DNA of 64,000 nucleotides from NCBI GenBank assembly GCA_963667175.2, contig CAXXXF010000002.1, positions 1 through 64,000 of the forward strand, given 5' to 3'. This DNA comes from Candidatus Latescibacterota bacterium. GTDB taxonomy: Bacteria > Latescibacterota > UBA2968 > GCA-2709665. The translations under genes were made by a program, and so were the position numbers. Positions 27,419 through 38,592 of the stretch are shown piece by piece; position 1 is the stretch's first letter; the number at the start of each line of letters is the position of its first letter. The notes below the pieces were generated by a model. The model was not told where the DNA came from. It saw only the letters and a list, made by a program, of their open reading frames with translations, and did no database searches.

Positions 27419-28579
27419 ATGAAGATTACCGACGTGAAAGTCCTGCCGATCGATCGATATCTCTTTGTCCAGGTGCATACCGATGAGGGGATCGTGGGAC
27501 TGGGTGAGTCCGGCGCGTGGGGATACCTGGAAGCCTCCGGGGAGGTCGTCAAGAGCTTCAAGGAATACCTGATTGGGAAGGACCCGCTACGCATCGAACA
27601 CCACTGGCAGGTCCTGTACAGGTGTACGCACTTCCGGGGCGCGGCGATCATGGGCGCCCTGAGCGCGGTGGATATCGCCCTCTGGGATATTGCGGGCAAG
27701 TATTTCGGGGCGCCGTGCTATCAGCTTCTTGGCGGAAAGTGCCGGGACAGGGCCCGGGTTTACGGCCACGTGATCGGGAGCACCAAGGAGGAGCTCTTGA
27801 GGGGCTGTGTGCAGGCAAAAGCCGCGGGATATACGGCCGTGGGCCACCTGACGCCCTTTCTGGATGAGTCACGGAATGTCCCCTATTACAAAACCCATAC
27901 GGACAAAATTCAGGACGCGGTTCAGACGGTGGCGGCCTACCGCGAGGCGGTTGGCGACGAGGTGGACCTCTGTATCGAGGTCCACCGGCGGTTGGACCCG
28001 GCCGAAGCCATCGTGCTGGGCCGGGCTATCGAACCCTATCGCCCGTTTTTCTACGAGGATCCAATCCGGCCGGACAATATCGACGCCATGGCCGAAGTCG
28101 CGCAGAAGATCGCGGTCCCCATCGCTACAGGCGAACGAATCCACACGATCTACGAATTCGAAATGCTCCTCACGCGCAACGCGGTCCAGTACGTGAGGCC
28201 GGACGTCTGCATGGCCGGCGGCATCACCCATTGCAAGAAGATCGCGGCCCTCGCCGAGGCGCACTACGTGGACGTGGCGCCGCACAATCCGCTCAGCCCG
28301 GTGAGCACGGCCGCCTGCGTTCAGCTTGCCGCGTGCATTCCCAATTTTGCACTGCAGGAGTACCCGAGGGGTGAAGGCGAACCTCCGAAGAGCGAAATCG
28401 TGTCGGGCGCGCTCACGCTCGAAGACGGATTCCTGATCATTCCCGATGCGCCGGGTATCGGCGTGGAACTCGCGGAAGGCGCCATGGAAAAATACCCGTT
28501 CGTCTCGCACCGGCCACTGCTGGACGAGGGCATGATGGTCACCAGGCTGCACGTCGATGGTTCCGTGGTCGACCAGTAG
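27419..28579 (+). CDS. dgoD: Galactonate dehydratase-like enolase-superfamily enzyme
   Basis: MKITDVK, TDEGIVGLGE, ALSAVDIALWDIAGK, IEVH, YEDP, TGER and APHNP motifs. Confidence 0.8.
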   Translation: MKITDVKVLPIDRYLFVQVHTDEGIVGLGESGAWGYLEASGEVVKSFKEYLIGKDPLRIEHHWQVLYRCTHFRGAAIMGALSAVDIALWDIAGKYFGAPCYQLLGGKCRDRARVYGHVIGSTKEELLRGCVQAKAAGYTAVGHLTPFLDESRNVPYYKTHTDKIQDAVQTVAAYREAVGDEVDLCIEVHRRLDPAEAIVLGRAIEPYRPFFYEDPIRPDNIDAMAEVAQKIAVPIATGERIHTIYEFEMLLTRNAVQYVRPDVCMAGGITHCKKIAALAEAHYVDVAPHNPLSPVSTAACVQLAACIPNFALQEYPRGEGEPPKSEIVSGALTLEDGFLIIPDAPGIGVELAEGAMEKYPFVSHRPLLDEGMMVTRLHVDGSVVDQ

Positions 28580-28659
28580 TTCGCATCTGAACGAACGATC
28601 GGAGAACCGCTAATATCTCATCCCAAACGCGTGAAATCTGAATCACAGGAGGACTCACC

Positions 28660-29454
28660 ATGCTCGCGGGGATCTCAGACGAACAGTGGACGCAATTCGA
28701 GAAGGAAGGGTACGTTCGCCTTGGAAAGGTGATGGATGACCGCGAACTGGCGGGCCTGCAGCAGCGCATCGACGACATCATGCTCGGCAACGTGAAGGTC
28801 CACGATCAGATGTTCATGCAACTGGACAGCGACACGGGCGACTACTCGGAGAAGCGGATCACAACCAGAGGGCACCAGGTATCGACGTTGAACTATCGAA
28901 AGATCCAGGACCTCGAGTTCGACTCGTTGTTCCTTTCCTACATGCAGAAACCCGTTTTCCGCGAGATCTGCGCGAGAGCCTACGGTCCGGAGACGCCGAT
29001 ATCCTGCTATCGGGCCATGTTCATGAACAAACCGGCGGGGAAGGGCACAAACCTTCCCTGGCACCAGGACCGGTTCAGCATTCTCGACACGGATCCGATC
29101 GTTACCGTGTGGACGGCGCTGGATCGGGTGTCGATCGAAAACGGCTGCGTCGGGGTCGTGCCCGGGTCCCACCGAAGCACGTTCGAGCAGGACGATTCAG
29201 CCAGCTTCGCCTTTCTGACCGACGATCAGGCCATTGCCGTTCTGGAAAGGGAAACGCATGAATACCTGGAAATGGAGGCGGGGGAAGCGGCCCTGTTACA
29301 TAACTGGCTGCTCCACGGATCGGGTGTGAACCGGACCGACGCCTCCCGCCGCGGGTTCAGCGTCTGTTACATGGACGCGGCCACGAGATCCGACCATGGA
29401 ACCTCCTTCTCAATCATCTTCGGCGAGGGCGCCCTCAATCCCGCGACGCTGTAA
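28660..29454 (+). CDS. Phytanoyl-CoA dioxygenase (PhyH) family
   Basis: PWHQD, ENGC.GVVPGSH and LLHGSG.N motifs. Confidence 0.9.
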   Translation: MLAGISDEQWTQFEKEGYVRLGKVMDDRELAGLQQRIDDIMLGNVKVHDQMFMQLDSDTGDYSEKRITTRGHQVSTLNYRKIQDLEFDSLFLSYMQKPVFREICARAYGPETPISCYRAMFMNKPAGKGTNLPWHQDRFSILDTDPIVTVWTALDRVSIENGCVGVVPGSHRSTFEQDDSASFAFLTDDQAIAVLERETHEYLEMEAGEAALLHNWLLHGSGVNRTDASRRGFSVCYMDAATRSDHGTSFSIIFGEGALNPATL

Positions 29455-29493
29455 GCTTCCCGCAAGACACCCGCCTGTCCGAGGACTCCAGAC

Positions 29494-31509
29494 GTGACAA
29501 CCGAAGCGGAGGCAGAGCCGATCGTCAGGATTTCGGAACCGGGCGCTGCGGCGGTCAACAGAGATGGTCTGACGCCGCGCGCGTTCGGAATCGGCCTCGT
29601 CCTGTGCGCGCTCATGTGCGTGGGTCTCACCTACAACCGCATGATCACCCAGGGCGCCTTCATTGGCGGCGGGTACTACATGGACAGGGGCGCCCTGTTT
29701 GTTTTGTTCCTCCTTGTCGTGGCCGTGAATCCACTGCTGGGCGCGATCAGGAACCGGTTCGCCCTGACGCGCGGCGAATTGCTCGCCATCTATAGCATGT
29801 TTCTCATTCTCCTGCCCGCGTGGGTGATGACCAAGCCGGTGATCCTCTATACGACCGGTGTCACGTACCACGCGACGCCGGAGTTGCGTCATATCGAGGC
29901 CGTTCCCCCCCACCTGCTGCCATGGCTGGTACCGCAGGGCGCTGAGACGGTCAAGGATCTCTACGAAGGCCTTCCCAGGGGTGGTTCGATCCCGTGGCTG
30001 GGATGGGTACTGCCCCTGTGGAGCTGGGGGTCGTTCCTTATCGTGCTCTTCGTTGTGCTCATCTGCCTGGGCGTGCTGATGCGCAGGCAATGGGAGGAAC
30101 ACGAACGGTTTGCGTTCCCCCTGATGCAGGTGCCGCTTGCGATGCTGGAGCCAGGAAAGGGCCGGATCGCCCCCGTGTTCCGCAGCCGGCTGCTGGCCGC
30201 CGGATTCGCGATCCCGTCCGTGGTGGGCACCCTCCGGGGGCTTCGGTATTACTTTCCAAATATTCCCATTATCAATCTGGGGACGCACGTTCGGATCTTT
30301 CGGCGGACGATGGTCCTGCCTTTCAAAGTCCATTTCCTTGTGCTCGCATATTCCTTTTTCATCAATCTGGACGTGAGTCTCAGCCTGTGGGTGATCAACC
30401 TGGTGACAAAGGTGATTCGCGGCGCACTGGCGATGGTTGGCGCGGGCCAGACCTGGGGGGTGTCCGGTGTCGTGGGACGTTACAGCTCCCAGGGATCCGA
30501 ATTTCTGGCGTTGATGGGGATGGGGTATATTCTCGCGCTGGCCGCGTACAGCCTTTACGTTTCCAGGGGTCACCTCCGGCAGGTATGGGAACGGATCCGT
30601 GGCCGCGCGTCGCGCCTGCAGGACTCGGACGAAATCGTCTCCTACCGGTCGGCCGCGCTCGGCGTTGTTCTGGGTCTGAGTTACCTCGGGCTGTGGCTCT
30701 ACCAGGCGGGAATCTCCCCGCCGCTGGTTCTGTTTCTTCTTGTTTCCAGTCTCATCGTCTTCTTTGTGATGGCGCGGATTGTGAGCGAAACGGGATTCGT
30801 CGCGACCTATTCCCCCCTCAATCCGTCCGAGTTCGTGGTGTGCGCGGTGGGCTCCTCGGCGTTCGGTCCTGCGGGTCTCGCCACGCTGGGGATCAGCTAC
30901 GTGTGGACGATGACGCGCAGAAATACATTGATGCCGCACGCCATGGGGGCCCTTCGGCTGGCGCGCGAAATCGGAAGGAAGCGGGGGCTGGTCTGGGCAA
31001 TGGGAGCGGCGCTGGTCCTGGGGCTCGTCGCCACGGGCTACGTGACGTTGCTCTTGGGGTATACCCATGGCGGCGTGAACATCGACTATCCCTGGTTCAG
31101 CAACGTGAACGACGCGGCTTCGCCGTTCGACGAGTTCATCGGACGCCGGCTGCTGGAGCCCAGCCCGGTCTTCACGATGGGTTTCCTCTATACGGCACTG
31201 GGTACAGCCGTTGCCGCCCTGCTGATCCTGCTCAGGATGCGTCTGCCCTGGTGGCCGTTCCATCCGGCCGCGCTGCCATTGAGTACGGTGTGGTACATGG
31301 ACTGGTTCGGGTTCAGCGTGTTCCTGGCGTGGGGCATCAAGGCGATCATTCTGCGGGTGGGCGGGGCGGACCTCTACCGAAAGACGCGTCCGTTCTTCAT
31401 CGGGATGATCCTGGGCGAGGTCATCTGCTCGGGAGGTTGGTCGGTGGTCAGCGCCTTTACGGGTCGCCTCAAGACCTGGCCCTTCATGGGCTACTGGAGT
31501 TCATCGTGA
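29494..31509 (+). CDS. DUF6785/DUF6784-type polytopic membrane protein (putative transporter), paralog 1, intact
   Basis: LTRGELL.IY, RRQWEEHERFAFPL, RIVSETG, WWPFHP and PFFIGMILGE motifs. Confidence 0.8.
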   Translation: MTTEAEAEPIVRISEPGAAAVNRDGLTPRAFGIGLVLCALMCVGLTYNRMITQGAFIGGGYYMDRGALFVLFLLVVAVNPLLGAIRNRFALTRGELLAIYSMFLILLPAWVMTKPVILYTTGVTYHATPELRHIEAVPPHLLPWLVPQGAETVKDLYEGLPRGGSIPWLGWVLPLWSWGSFLIVLFVVLICLGVLMRRQWEEHERFAFPLMQVPLAMLEPGKGRIAPVFRSRLLAAGFAIPSVVGTLRGLRYYFPNIPIINLGTHVRIFRRTMVLPFKVHFLVLAYSFFINLDVSLSLWVINLVTKVIRGALAMVGAGQTWGVSGVVGRYSSQGSEFLALMGMGYILALAAYSLYVSRGHLRQVWERIRGRASRLQDSDEIVSYRSAALGVVLGLSYLGLWLYQAGISPPLVLFLLVSSLIVFFVMARIVSETGFVATYSPLNPSEFVVCAVGSSAFGPAGLATLGISYVWTMTRRNTLMPHAMGALRLAREIGRKRGLVWAMGAALVLGLVATGYVTLLLGYTHGGVNIDYPWFSNVNDAASPFDEFIGRRLLEPSPVFTMGFLYTALGTAVAALLILLRMRLPWWPFHPAALPLSTVWYMDWFGFSVFLAWGIKAIILRVGGADLYRKTRPFFIGMILGEVICSGGWSVVSAFTGRLKTWPFMGYWSSS

Positions 31510-31590
31510 GCCGCGCATCCCGGGTCGGAAAGAAGGTAGCGACGCGGATTGCTGAATCGTCATCACGGTACTGATTAGAAGGAGAACGCG

Positions 31591-33548
31591 ATGCCTGACC
31601 GGAACCGGAAACTCCGCCGTGCCGCGCTGCTGCTTTTTCCGGATGCCGTGCTGAACGAGGAGACGATCGACCGGATCGTCCGGGAAGGGTTCACCGACGT
31701 GGGCGCAGGCGTCACGGTCACGCCGGCGGTAAAACAACAGGGCTTCTCACTGGAACAGTCGGAGCGGCTCGCCCGGATGTGCGAGGATCGGGACCTCGGA
31801 TTCATCGCCTTCACCGGATACATAAAGTATCAGGAACGTCTGTTGGCGAAAGAACCCCACCGGCTGATGTATATGGTCGGCGATGACGGCGTCCTGGACC
31901 TTGACGGGCTGCCGGTCCGGTATCTGTGTCCGTTTCGGCCCGAGAACAAGAGCCACTACCTCACCCTGCTGATGGAAATCTGCAACTGGCCCGCGGTGCG
32001 GGAAATCCACCTCAACGACGAGGCGTGTCTCGGGTTCGGAGACGGCACAATCGGCTGTTACTGCGCGTTCTGCGAGGCTGAATTCAGCAGACGGACCGGC
32101 GTCAATCCACCCCGGGTTGCGGATTGGGATGACCCGTTGTGGTATACATGGCTGGAGAGCCGCTTCGAAAACTGGGACGCGGTGCACTCGGAGTTTCGAA
32201 GCGCCATCAAAGACGTCCGTCCCGAAGTGGTTGTGGGCATCCAGCACAGTCCCGCCGTCCCCGAGCGGAACTACAATGCCTGGCAGACGGCCATCCGCCT
32301 CGCCCGCGACGCGCGTTCACAGGACGTGATCGCCACGGATCCCTATCATTTCAATCACGACGATCTCATTCTGCACCGGCCGCACCGCAGGATCCTCTCG
32401 GAGACCACGAGAAGTCTGATGGGCGCCTGCATGGATCGGCAGGTGGATATCTATCCGCAGGGCTTCATGCCGCCGGCGCAGGCGGCGCCGATGGGCAGGC
32501 AGGACGGCCTGCTGGCCGGCGTGGCGCCGTTTGCGCTCGGCGCGGACCTGGTCATGCCGTTTACCTACGAGCAGATGAAGATCATTCCGGGATTCTTCGA
32601 AGCGTTCGACGAGACCCGGCGCCTCATGCCGGTGTTCGCGTCCCACCGGCCGTACAGCTTCGCCACAATGATCATGCCGCAGCAGTCGGAGATCACCGGC
32701 CACTACGACTCGAACTGGGGACACACCGGATTGATCGGGATGGTCGATATGGTCTACCGGACCGGATTGCCGTGGCGATGGTTCTGGGACGGGCGCCTGG
32801 ACGACGCGGGCGACCAGCTCACGGGACCGGTGATCCTGCCCGAGGCGCATTGCCTCACGCAGTCCCAGATCGATTGCGTCAACGCGGTTGCAGAACGCGG
32901 AGAGGGTCTCCTATCGAGTCGGGCGTCTTTGAAGTCGACCTCTTGCGCAACCATCCGCTCACAGAGGGCCTGGAAGATCCCGTGATCCTGACGACCCGGG
33001 TGGAAGGCGGGTATCCGGACGGGCAGGTGCTTGGGACCGTGGATGGCCGTCCGGCCCTGGTCCTGGTGGAGGAAGGGTCCCGTCGGGAGGCCTGGCTGGC
33101 GGGCATGCCTGCCGTGAAATATACCGGTAACGTTCCCGGAATGTCTTTTCTCGAGGAGACGTCCAACGTGGCGTTGCTGAGGAGACTGATCCTCTGGGCG
33201 GCCGGCCGAAGGCCCCTGGCGCGGTTGACTCCCTTTCCGCCGGCGGACGATTACCGAACGCTGCGGCCGACCGACCGGAGGGCCGTGCCCACCATCGAGT
33301 TGCTTCCAATGTTCGATGGCAGCGATTCGCTGCTGGCCATCGTGTTTCCATATACGCCGGTAAGGAGCCAGACAGCGCTGGAGATCGTCCTTCCCGAAGG
33401 AAGAAGCGCGCAAGACGTCAACGAGATCTGGTCCGGCGAGAACTGGAACGACCGCGTGATATCGGCGAAAGACGGAACGATGCGCATACCGCTCGATATT
33501 CCCGGCGACTGCGACCTCTTGGCAATACACATACAGTTCGCAGGTTGA
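31591..33548 (+). pseudogene. GH42-like TIM-barrel protein, frameshifted or deleted at ~32910; related to 17772-19868
   Basis: LCP, LNDE and CYCAFC motifs; the C-terminus continues in the frame of ORF 32139-33548 (PTIELLP). Confidence 0.7.
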
Positions 33549-33583
33549 ATGCTTTCAAGCCGCAGTCCGGAGGTGCCCAACGA

Positions 33584-35565
33584 ATGGCTCAGGCAGCCCG
33601 AATGGTCACGTCGGATGTCCGAAAAACGGCCGGGTCGACCGAAGACGGTCTGTCGTGCCGGGCGTTCCTGATCGGGCTCGGGTTGTGCGCCCTCCTGGGG
33701 GTCTGGTTGACGTACAACCGGATGGTGGTCCAGGGGCCGTTCATGGGCTGGTACTTCCTGGACCGGGGCGTGCTGTTCCTCTTTTTCTGCCTGGCGGTAA
33801 CTGATCAACCCCTTGCTCGGCCTGCTGAAACGCCGCTTCGCCCTGGGCCGGGGCGAGCTGCTGGCCATCTATGCCATGCTGCTGCTCCTGATGCCCGCAT
33901 GGGCGATGTGCAAGGCATTGCTCGGGTTCATGACCGGCGTCACCTACTACGCCTCCCCGGAGATGCGGCACCTGGAGGCCGTCCTGCCCTATTCCCTGCC
34001 GTGGCTGGCGGTCCTGGAGGCCGAGCCGGTCAGGTGGCTGTACGAAGGCCTGCCGAAGGGAGGTTCCGTCCCCTGGTGGGCCTGGGTGGTCCCGCTATGG
34101 AGTTGGGGGGTCGTTCCTGGTCGCGCTGTTTGTGGTACTGGGCTGTGTGGCCGTCATCCTGAGAAAGCAGTGGGAGGAACACGAGCGGTTCGCCTTCCCG
34201 ATCATGCAGGTCCCCCTCGCGATGGGCGAGCGTGGAGAAGGTCGGATAGGACCGCTTTTCCGCGGCCGGATGATGTGGTCGGGTTTTGCAGTTCCGTTCG
34301 GCATCGGCTCCATCAACGCATTGCACAGCTATTTCCACACGCTGCCCCGAATGAGCCTGCGGGCGGTGATCTGGATCTTCAGGCGCGCGATACCGCTGTC
34401 GATAAGACTCAACTTCGCGCTTCTCGGCTATGCCTATTTCGTGAACCTGGACGTGAGCCTCAGCATCTGGCTCCTCAATGTCATCGCCAAATGCATAAAT
34501 GGCGCGTTCGTCATGCTTGGCGCGGAACGATACGGCGTGTCCGGGATGGTGGGACGGCACAGCTCGCAGGGATCGGAACTCCTGGCGTTTATGGGCATGG
34601 GCTACATGCTGGCCCTGGCCGGGTACAGCCTGTGGATTGCCCGGGGACATTTGAAGGCTGTGTGGGCAAAGGCTCTGCGTCGCGAGTCGAGCCTGGACGA
34701 TTCGGAAGAGGTGCTTCCCTATCGCACGGCGGTGGCCTGTGTGTTCGTGGGCACGCTGTATCTGGGATGCTGGCTCTACCAGGCGGGGCTGCCGCCGCAC
34801 GTGATCGCCCTGCTGTTTGCGGCCTGCTTCGTCGTCTTCCTCGTGCTTGCGCGGATCGTGAGCGAAACCGGCTATGCCGCAACCTATTCTCCGCTGAATC
34901 CGTCGGAGTTCGTGGTCTGTGCGGTCGGCTCCTCGGCGTTCGGTCCCACGGGTCTGGTTACGAACGGGCTGAATTACGTATGGACGATGACCCGGCTGAA
35001 TACGATGATGCCGCGTGCTTCCGCGGCGCTCAGGCTGGCCAGGGAAATGGGAAAGACTCGAGGCCTGATCTGGGCGATGGGCGCGGCCCTCGCGGTGGGC
35101 CTGGTCGTCGCGAGCCACACGACGCTGGATCTCGGGTACGCCCACGGGGGCCGAAACCTCGACTACTGGTTCCGAGACGTGAACGACGCGGCCCTGCCGT
35201 TCGACGAATACGTGGGACGCCGCCTGCTGGATCCGAGCCCGGTCTTCCACAGGGGATTCGTATATACAGGATTGGGCCTGGGCATTGCCGTGCTGCTCAT
35301 GGTCCTGCGAATGCGCCTGCCGTGGTGGCCCCTGCACCCGGTGGCGTTGCCGGTGAGTACGATCTGGATTACGGAGCACTACTATTTCAGTGTATTTCTG
35401 GCCTGGGGGATCAAAGCGCTGGTGATGAAGTTTGGCGGGGCGTCCCTGTACCGAAAAACCAGGCCGTTCTTTATCGGGATGATCGTGGGCGAGGCGGTTT
35501 GTTTGGGAATGTGGAGCGTTATTGACTATTTTACAGGGAAAGTCGGCAATATGTCTCTGCTTTAA
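33584..35565 (+). pseudogene. DUF6785-type membrane protein, paralog 2, with two +1 frameshifts (~33800 and ~34105)
   Basis: Three consecutive ORF pieces align to paralog 1; one extra A and one extra G in short runs. Confidence 0.8.
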
Positions 35566-35622
35566 CGAATAAAACGTCCGACGATGGTGGTACGATCACT
35601 TTTTCCGTAAGGAGTCAAGACC

Positions 35623-36501
35623 ATGCTTTCCAGGGAACAGATTGATTTCTACCATACCAGCGGCTATCTGGGCGTGGAGGGCGTTCTCTCCCGCGACGAG
35701 GTCGAAGAGCTCCGCCGGGTCACTGACGCATTTGTCGAAGCGTCGAGGCAGGTCACCGAAACCGACGGCGTATTCGACCTGGAACCGGGCCATACGCCCG
35801 AATTCCCGCAGCTGCGCCGTCTCATAGACCCGTCAAGGCAGCACGACGCGTACGACCGCGGTCTGCGCCACGAGAAGATACTCGACATCACCTCGCAGCT
35901 CATCGGTTCCGGCATCCGGACGAACGGAGACAAGCTGAATATGAAATCCGCGGAGGTGGGCAGCCCCGTGGAATGGCACCAGGACTGGGCGTTCTACCCT
36001 CACACCAATGACGATCTGCTGGCCGTCGGCGTCGCCATCGACGATATGACCCTCGAGAACGGCTGCCTGCTGGTCGTTCCAGGGTCTCACAAGGGGCGCA
36101 TCCACGACCACCACCTGAACGGTCGCTTTGCCGGGGCCGTTACCGAACCCGATTTCACCGGCGAATGCGCGGTCCCGATCGAAATCAAGGCCGGCGGCAT
36201 CTCCATCCACCACGTCCGGACGCTGCACGCATCCGCCCCGAATACCTCCGGAAAGCCCCGGCGTCTTCTGCTATATATGTATTGTGCGATAGATGCATTT
36301 CCGCTGGTTCAACCGATCAATACCTGGGAGGAGTTCAACGGCAGGATTCTCCGCGGGGAACCCACCCGGGAGCCGCGCATGGTCAGCGTGCCGGTCCGGG
36401 TCCCGCTTCCTCCGGCGGAGCGCACGGGGTCCATATATGAAATTCAGACCATCCTCGAGGAAAGTAAGATGACCCCCGTCGAAGCCAACGCCGGAAACTG
36501 A
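35623..36501 (+). CDS. PhyH family dioxygenase
   Basis: VEWHQDWAFYPHTN, ENGCL.VVPGSH and LHASAPN motifs. Confidence 0.9.
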   Translation: MLSREQIDFYHTSGYLGVEGVLSRDEVEELRRVTDAFVEASRQVTETDGVFDLEPGHTPEFPQLRRLIDPSRQHDAYDRGLRHEKILDITSQLIGSGIRTNGDKLNMKSAEVGSPVEWHQDWAFYPHTNDDLLAVGVAIDDMTLENGCLLVVPGSHKGRIHDHHLNGRFAGAVTEPDFTGECAVPIEIKAGGISIHHVRTLHASAPNTSGKPRRLLLYMYCAIDAFPLVQPINTWEEFNGRILRGEPTREPRMVSVPVRVPLPPAERTGSIYEIQTILEESKMTPVEANAGN

Positions 36502-36555
36502 ATCGAAAACCAATCCATTGACGTCAGCGCCGTGGGGGCAGCAGTACCATGCGGG

Positions 36556-36700
36556 CGCAGACCTCTCCCCCCGGCCTGCCTGCGCCGAGTTCTGCTCGGC
36601 AGGCAGGCCCCCTCTCCCGAGGGGAGAGGGGGAGCAGAACCGGGGTTCATCAAGCGATGACAGTTTCCCCCTTCCCCCGGGGAAGGGGGATAGGGGGTAA
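36556..36700 (+). repeat. Composite palindromic repeat, homologous to 15507-15675
   Basis: CGCAGACCTCTCCCCCCGG-[CCTGCCTGCGCCGAGTTCTGCTCGGCAGGCAGG]-CCCCCTCTCCC..GGGAGAGGGG. Confidence 0.85.
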
Positions 36701-36704
36701 GTCG

Positions 36705-38577
36705 GTGGCGGAGGACACACGGGACGGACTGACGGGCAGGGCGTTCCTGATCGGCCTCGTCCTCTGCCTCGGCCTGGCACTGGCGATCCCGTACAACCGC
36801 ATGGTGATCCAGGGCACGTCTCTCCACTTCTATTTTGTGGACCGTGGCATCCTGTTCGTTTTTCTGTTTCTGATCCTTGTCTGTAACGTCAGCCTCAAGC
36901 CGGCCCGCTCGCTGAAGCGGGGAGAGCTCCTGTGCGTCTTTTCGATGTTGCTGGTGGCGATGCCCGCCCTGTGGATGGTCAAGTGGCTCATCGCCTTCCT
37001 CACCGGCGTGACCTACTACGCTTCTCCGGAGCGCCCTGACCTCGAGGCGGTGCTGCCCCATATTGTGTCGTGGACGGCCCCCGGGAACGCGGAAGCCGTA
37101 CGGGGGTTCTACGAGGGGCTGCCGCAAAATGTCCCCCTGCCCTGGCTGGCCTGGCTGGCCCCCCTTGCGAGTTGGGGTTCTTTTTTTCTTGTGTTGTTCG
37201 GAGTGCTGGTATGCATTGCCGCGATCTTTCGCAGGCAGTGGGCGGAGCACGAGCGGTTCGCGTTCCCGATTCTGCAGGTGCCGCTGGAGATGGCAGAGAC
37301 CGGAGACGGCAGGCTGGGGCCCCTGTTCAGGAACCGGTTGACGTGGGCGGGGTTCGCGATTCCACTTCTGATCGGTACCATCAACGGGCTGAATCACTAT
37401 TTCTACGCACTGGTTGCCCCTGAGACTGCACTTCGCAATTCTCGGGTATTCCTACTTCGTGAACCTGGACGTGAGCCTCAGTATCTGGTTGTTCAACGTC
37501 GTCTCCAAGGTCATCCGGGGGACGCTGGCCGTTGTGGGCGCAGAGGTTACGGACGTGTCCGGGATGGTGGGCCGGTTCAGTTCGAGGGGCTCGTCGTTTC
37601 TCGCGCTGACCGGAATGGGGTATATGCTGGTGCTGGCCGCGTACAGCGCGTGGACGGCGCGGGGCCACCTGCGCGAGGTCTTCGCAAAGGCGATGGGGAC
37701 GTCGCCGGCGGCCGACGATTCCGATGAAGTCATCTCCTACCGGGCGGCCGTATTCGGCGCCCTGGGAGGTCTGGTTTTTCTCGGGTGCTGGCTGCATCAG
37801 GCGGGAATCTCGTTCGCGTTGATTCTGTTTCTGTTTTTTTCCTGCATCGTGGTCTTTTTCGTCCTGGGACGGATTGTGAGCGAAACGGGGTTCGTGGCCA
37901 CGTATTCTCCGATCAACCCCGCTGAATTCGTGGTCTGCGCAACGGGTTCGTCGGTTTTCGGTCCGGCGGGTCTCGTAACGCTCGGCTTCAGTTACGCGTG
38001 GACGATGACGCGCGTCAGCAACGTGATGCCCCGGGCAATGGGGGCGCTGTGGCTGTCGAGGACAATAAGACGCAGACGCGGCCTGATCTGGGCGATGGGC
38101 GCGGCGATGGCGGTAGGCGTGATCTGCGCGAGCGCGGCGACCCTGGACCTTGGGTACGCGCGCGGCGGCCTGAACCTGGACCGCCACTTCCGCGATTATT
38201 CGCGCATTCCTTTCGACGCCTTTGTGGGTTCGCGCATGCTGGAGCCCAGTCCCATATTTACGAAGGGAATGGTATATACCGGACTCGGGATGGGGGTTGC
38301 GGGTCTGCTGACCCTGCTTAGAATGCGGCTTAGATGGTGGCCGTTACACCCCGTGGCGCTGCCGTTGAGTACGATCTGGTACACGGATACGTATTTCTTC
38401 AGCGTGTTCCTGGCCTGGGCGATGAAAGCAATCGTCTTGAAATTCGGAGGGGCGACGCTCTACCGCAGAACCCGGCCCGTGTTCATGGGGATTATTCTGG
38501 GCGAGGCCACTGGCGCGGTTGTGTGGGTCATCGTGGACTATTTCACCGGGACGATCGCCAACAGGATCTTCATATAG
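36705..38577 (+). pseudogene. DUF6785-type membrane protein, paralog 3, internal deletion and frameshift at ~37410
   Basis: About 15 codons present in paralogs 1 and 2 are missing between HYFYAL and LPLRLHF. Confidence 0.8.
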
Positions 38578-38592
38578 GCGGACGTTGGCGAA

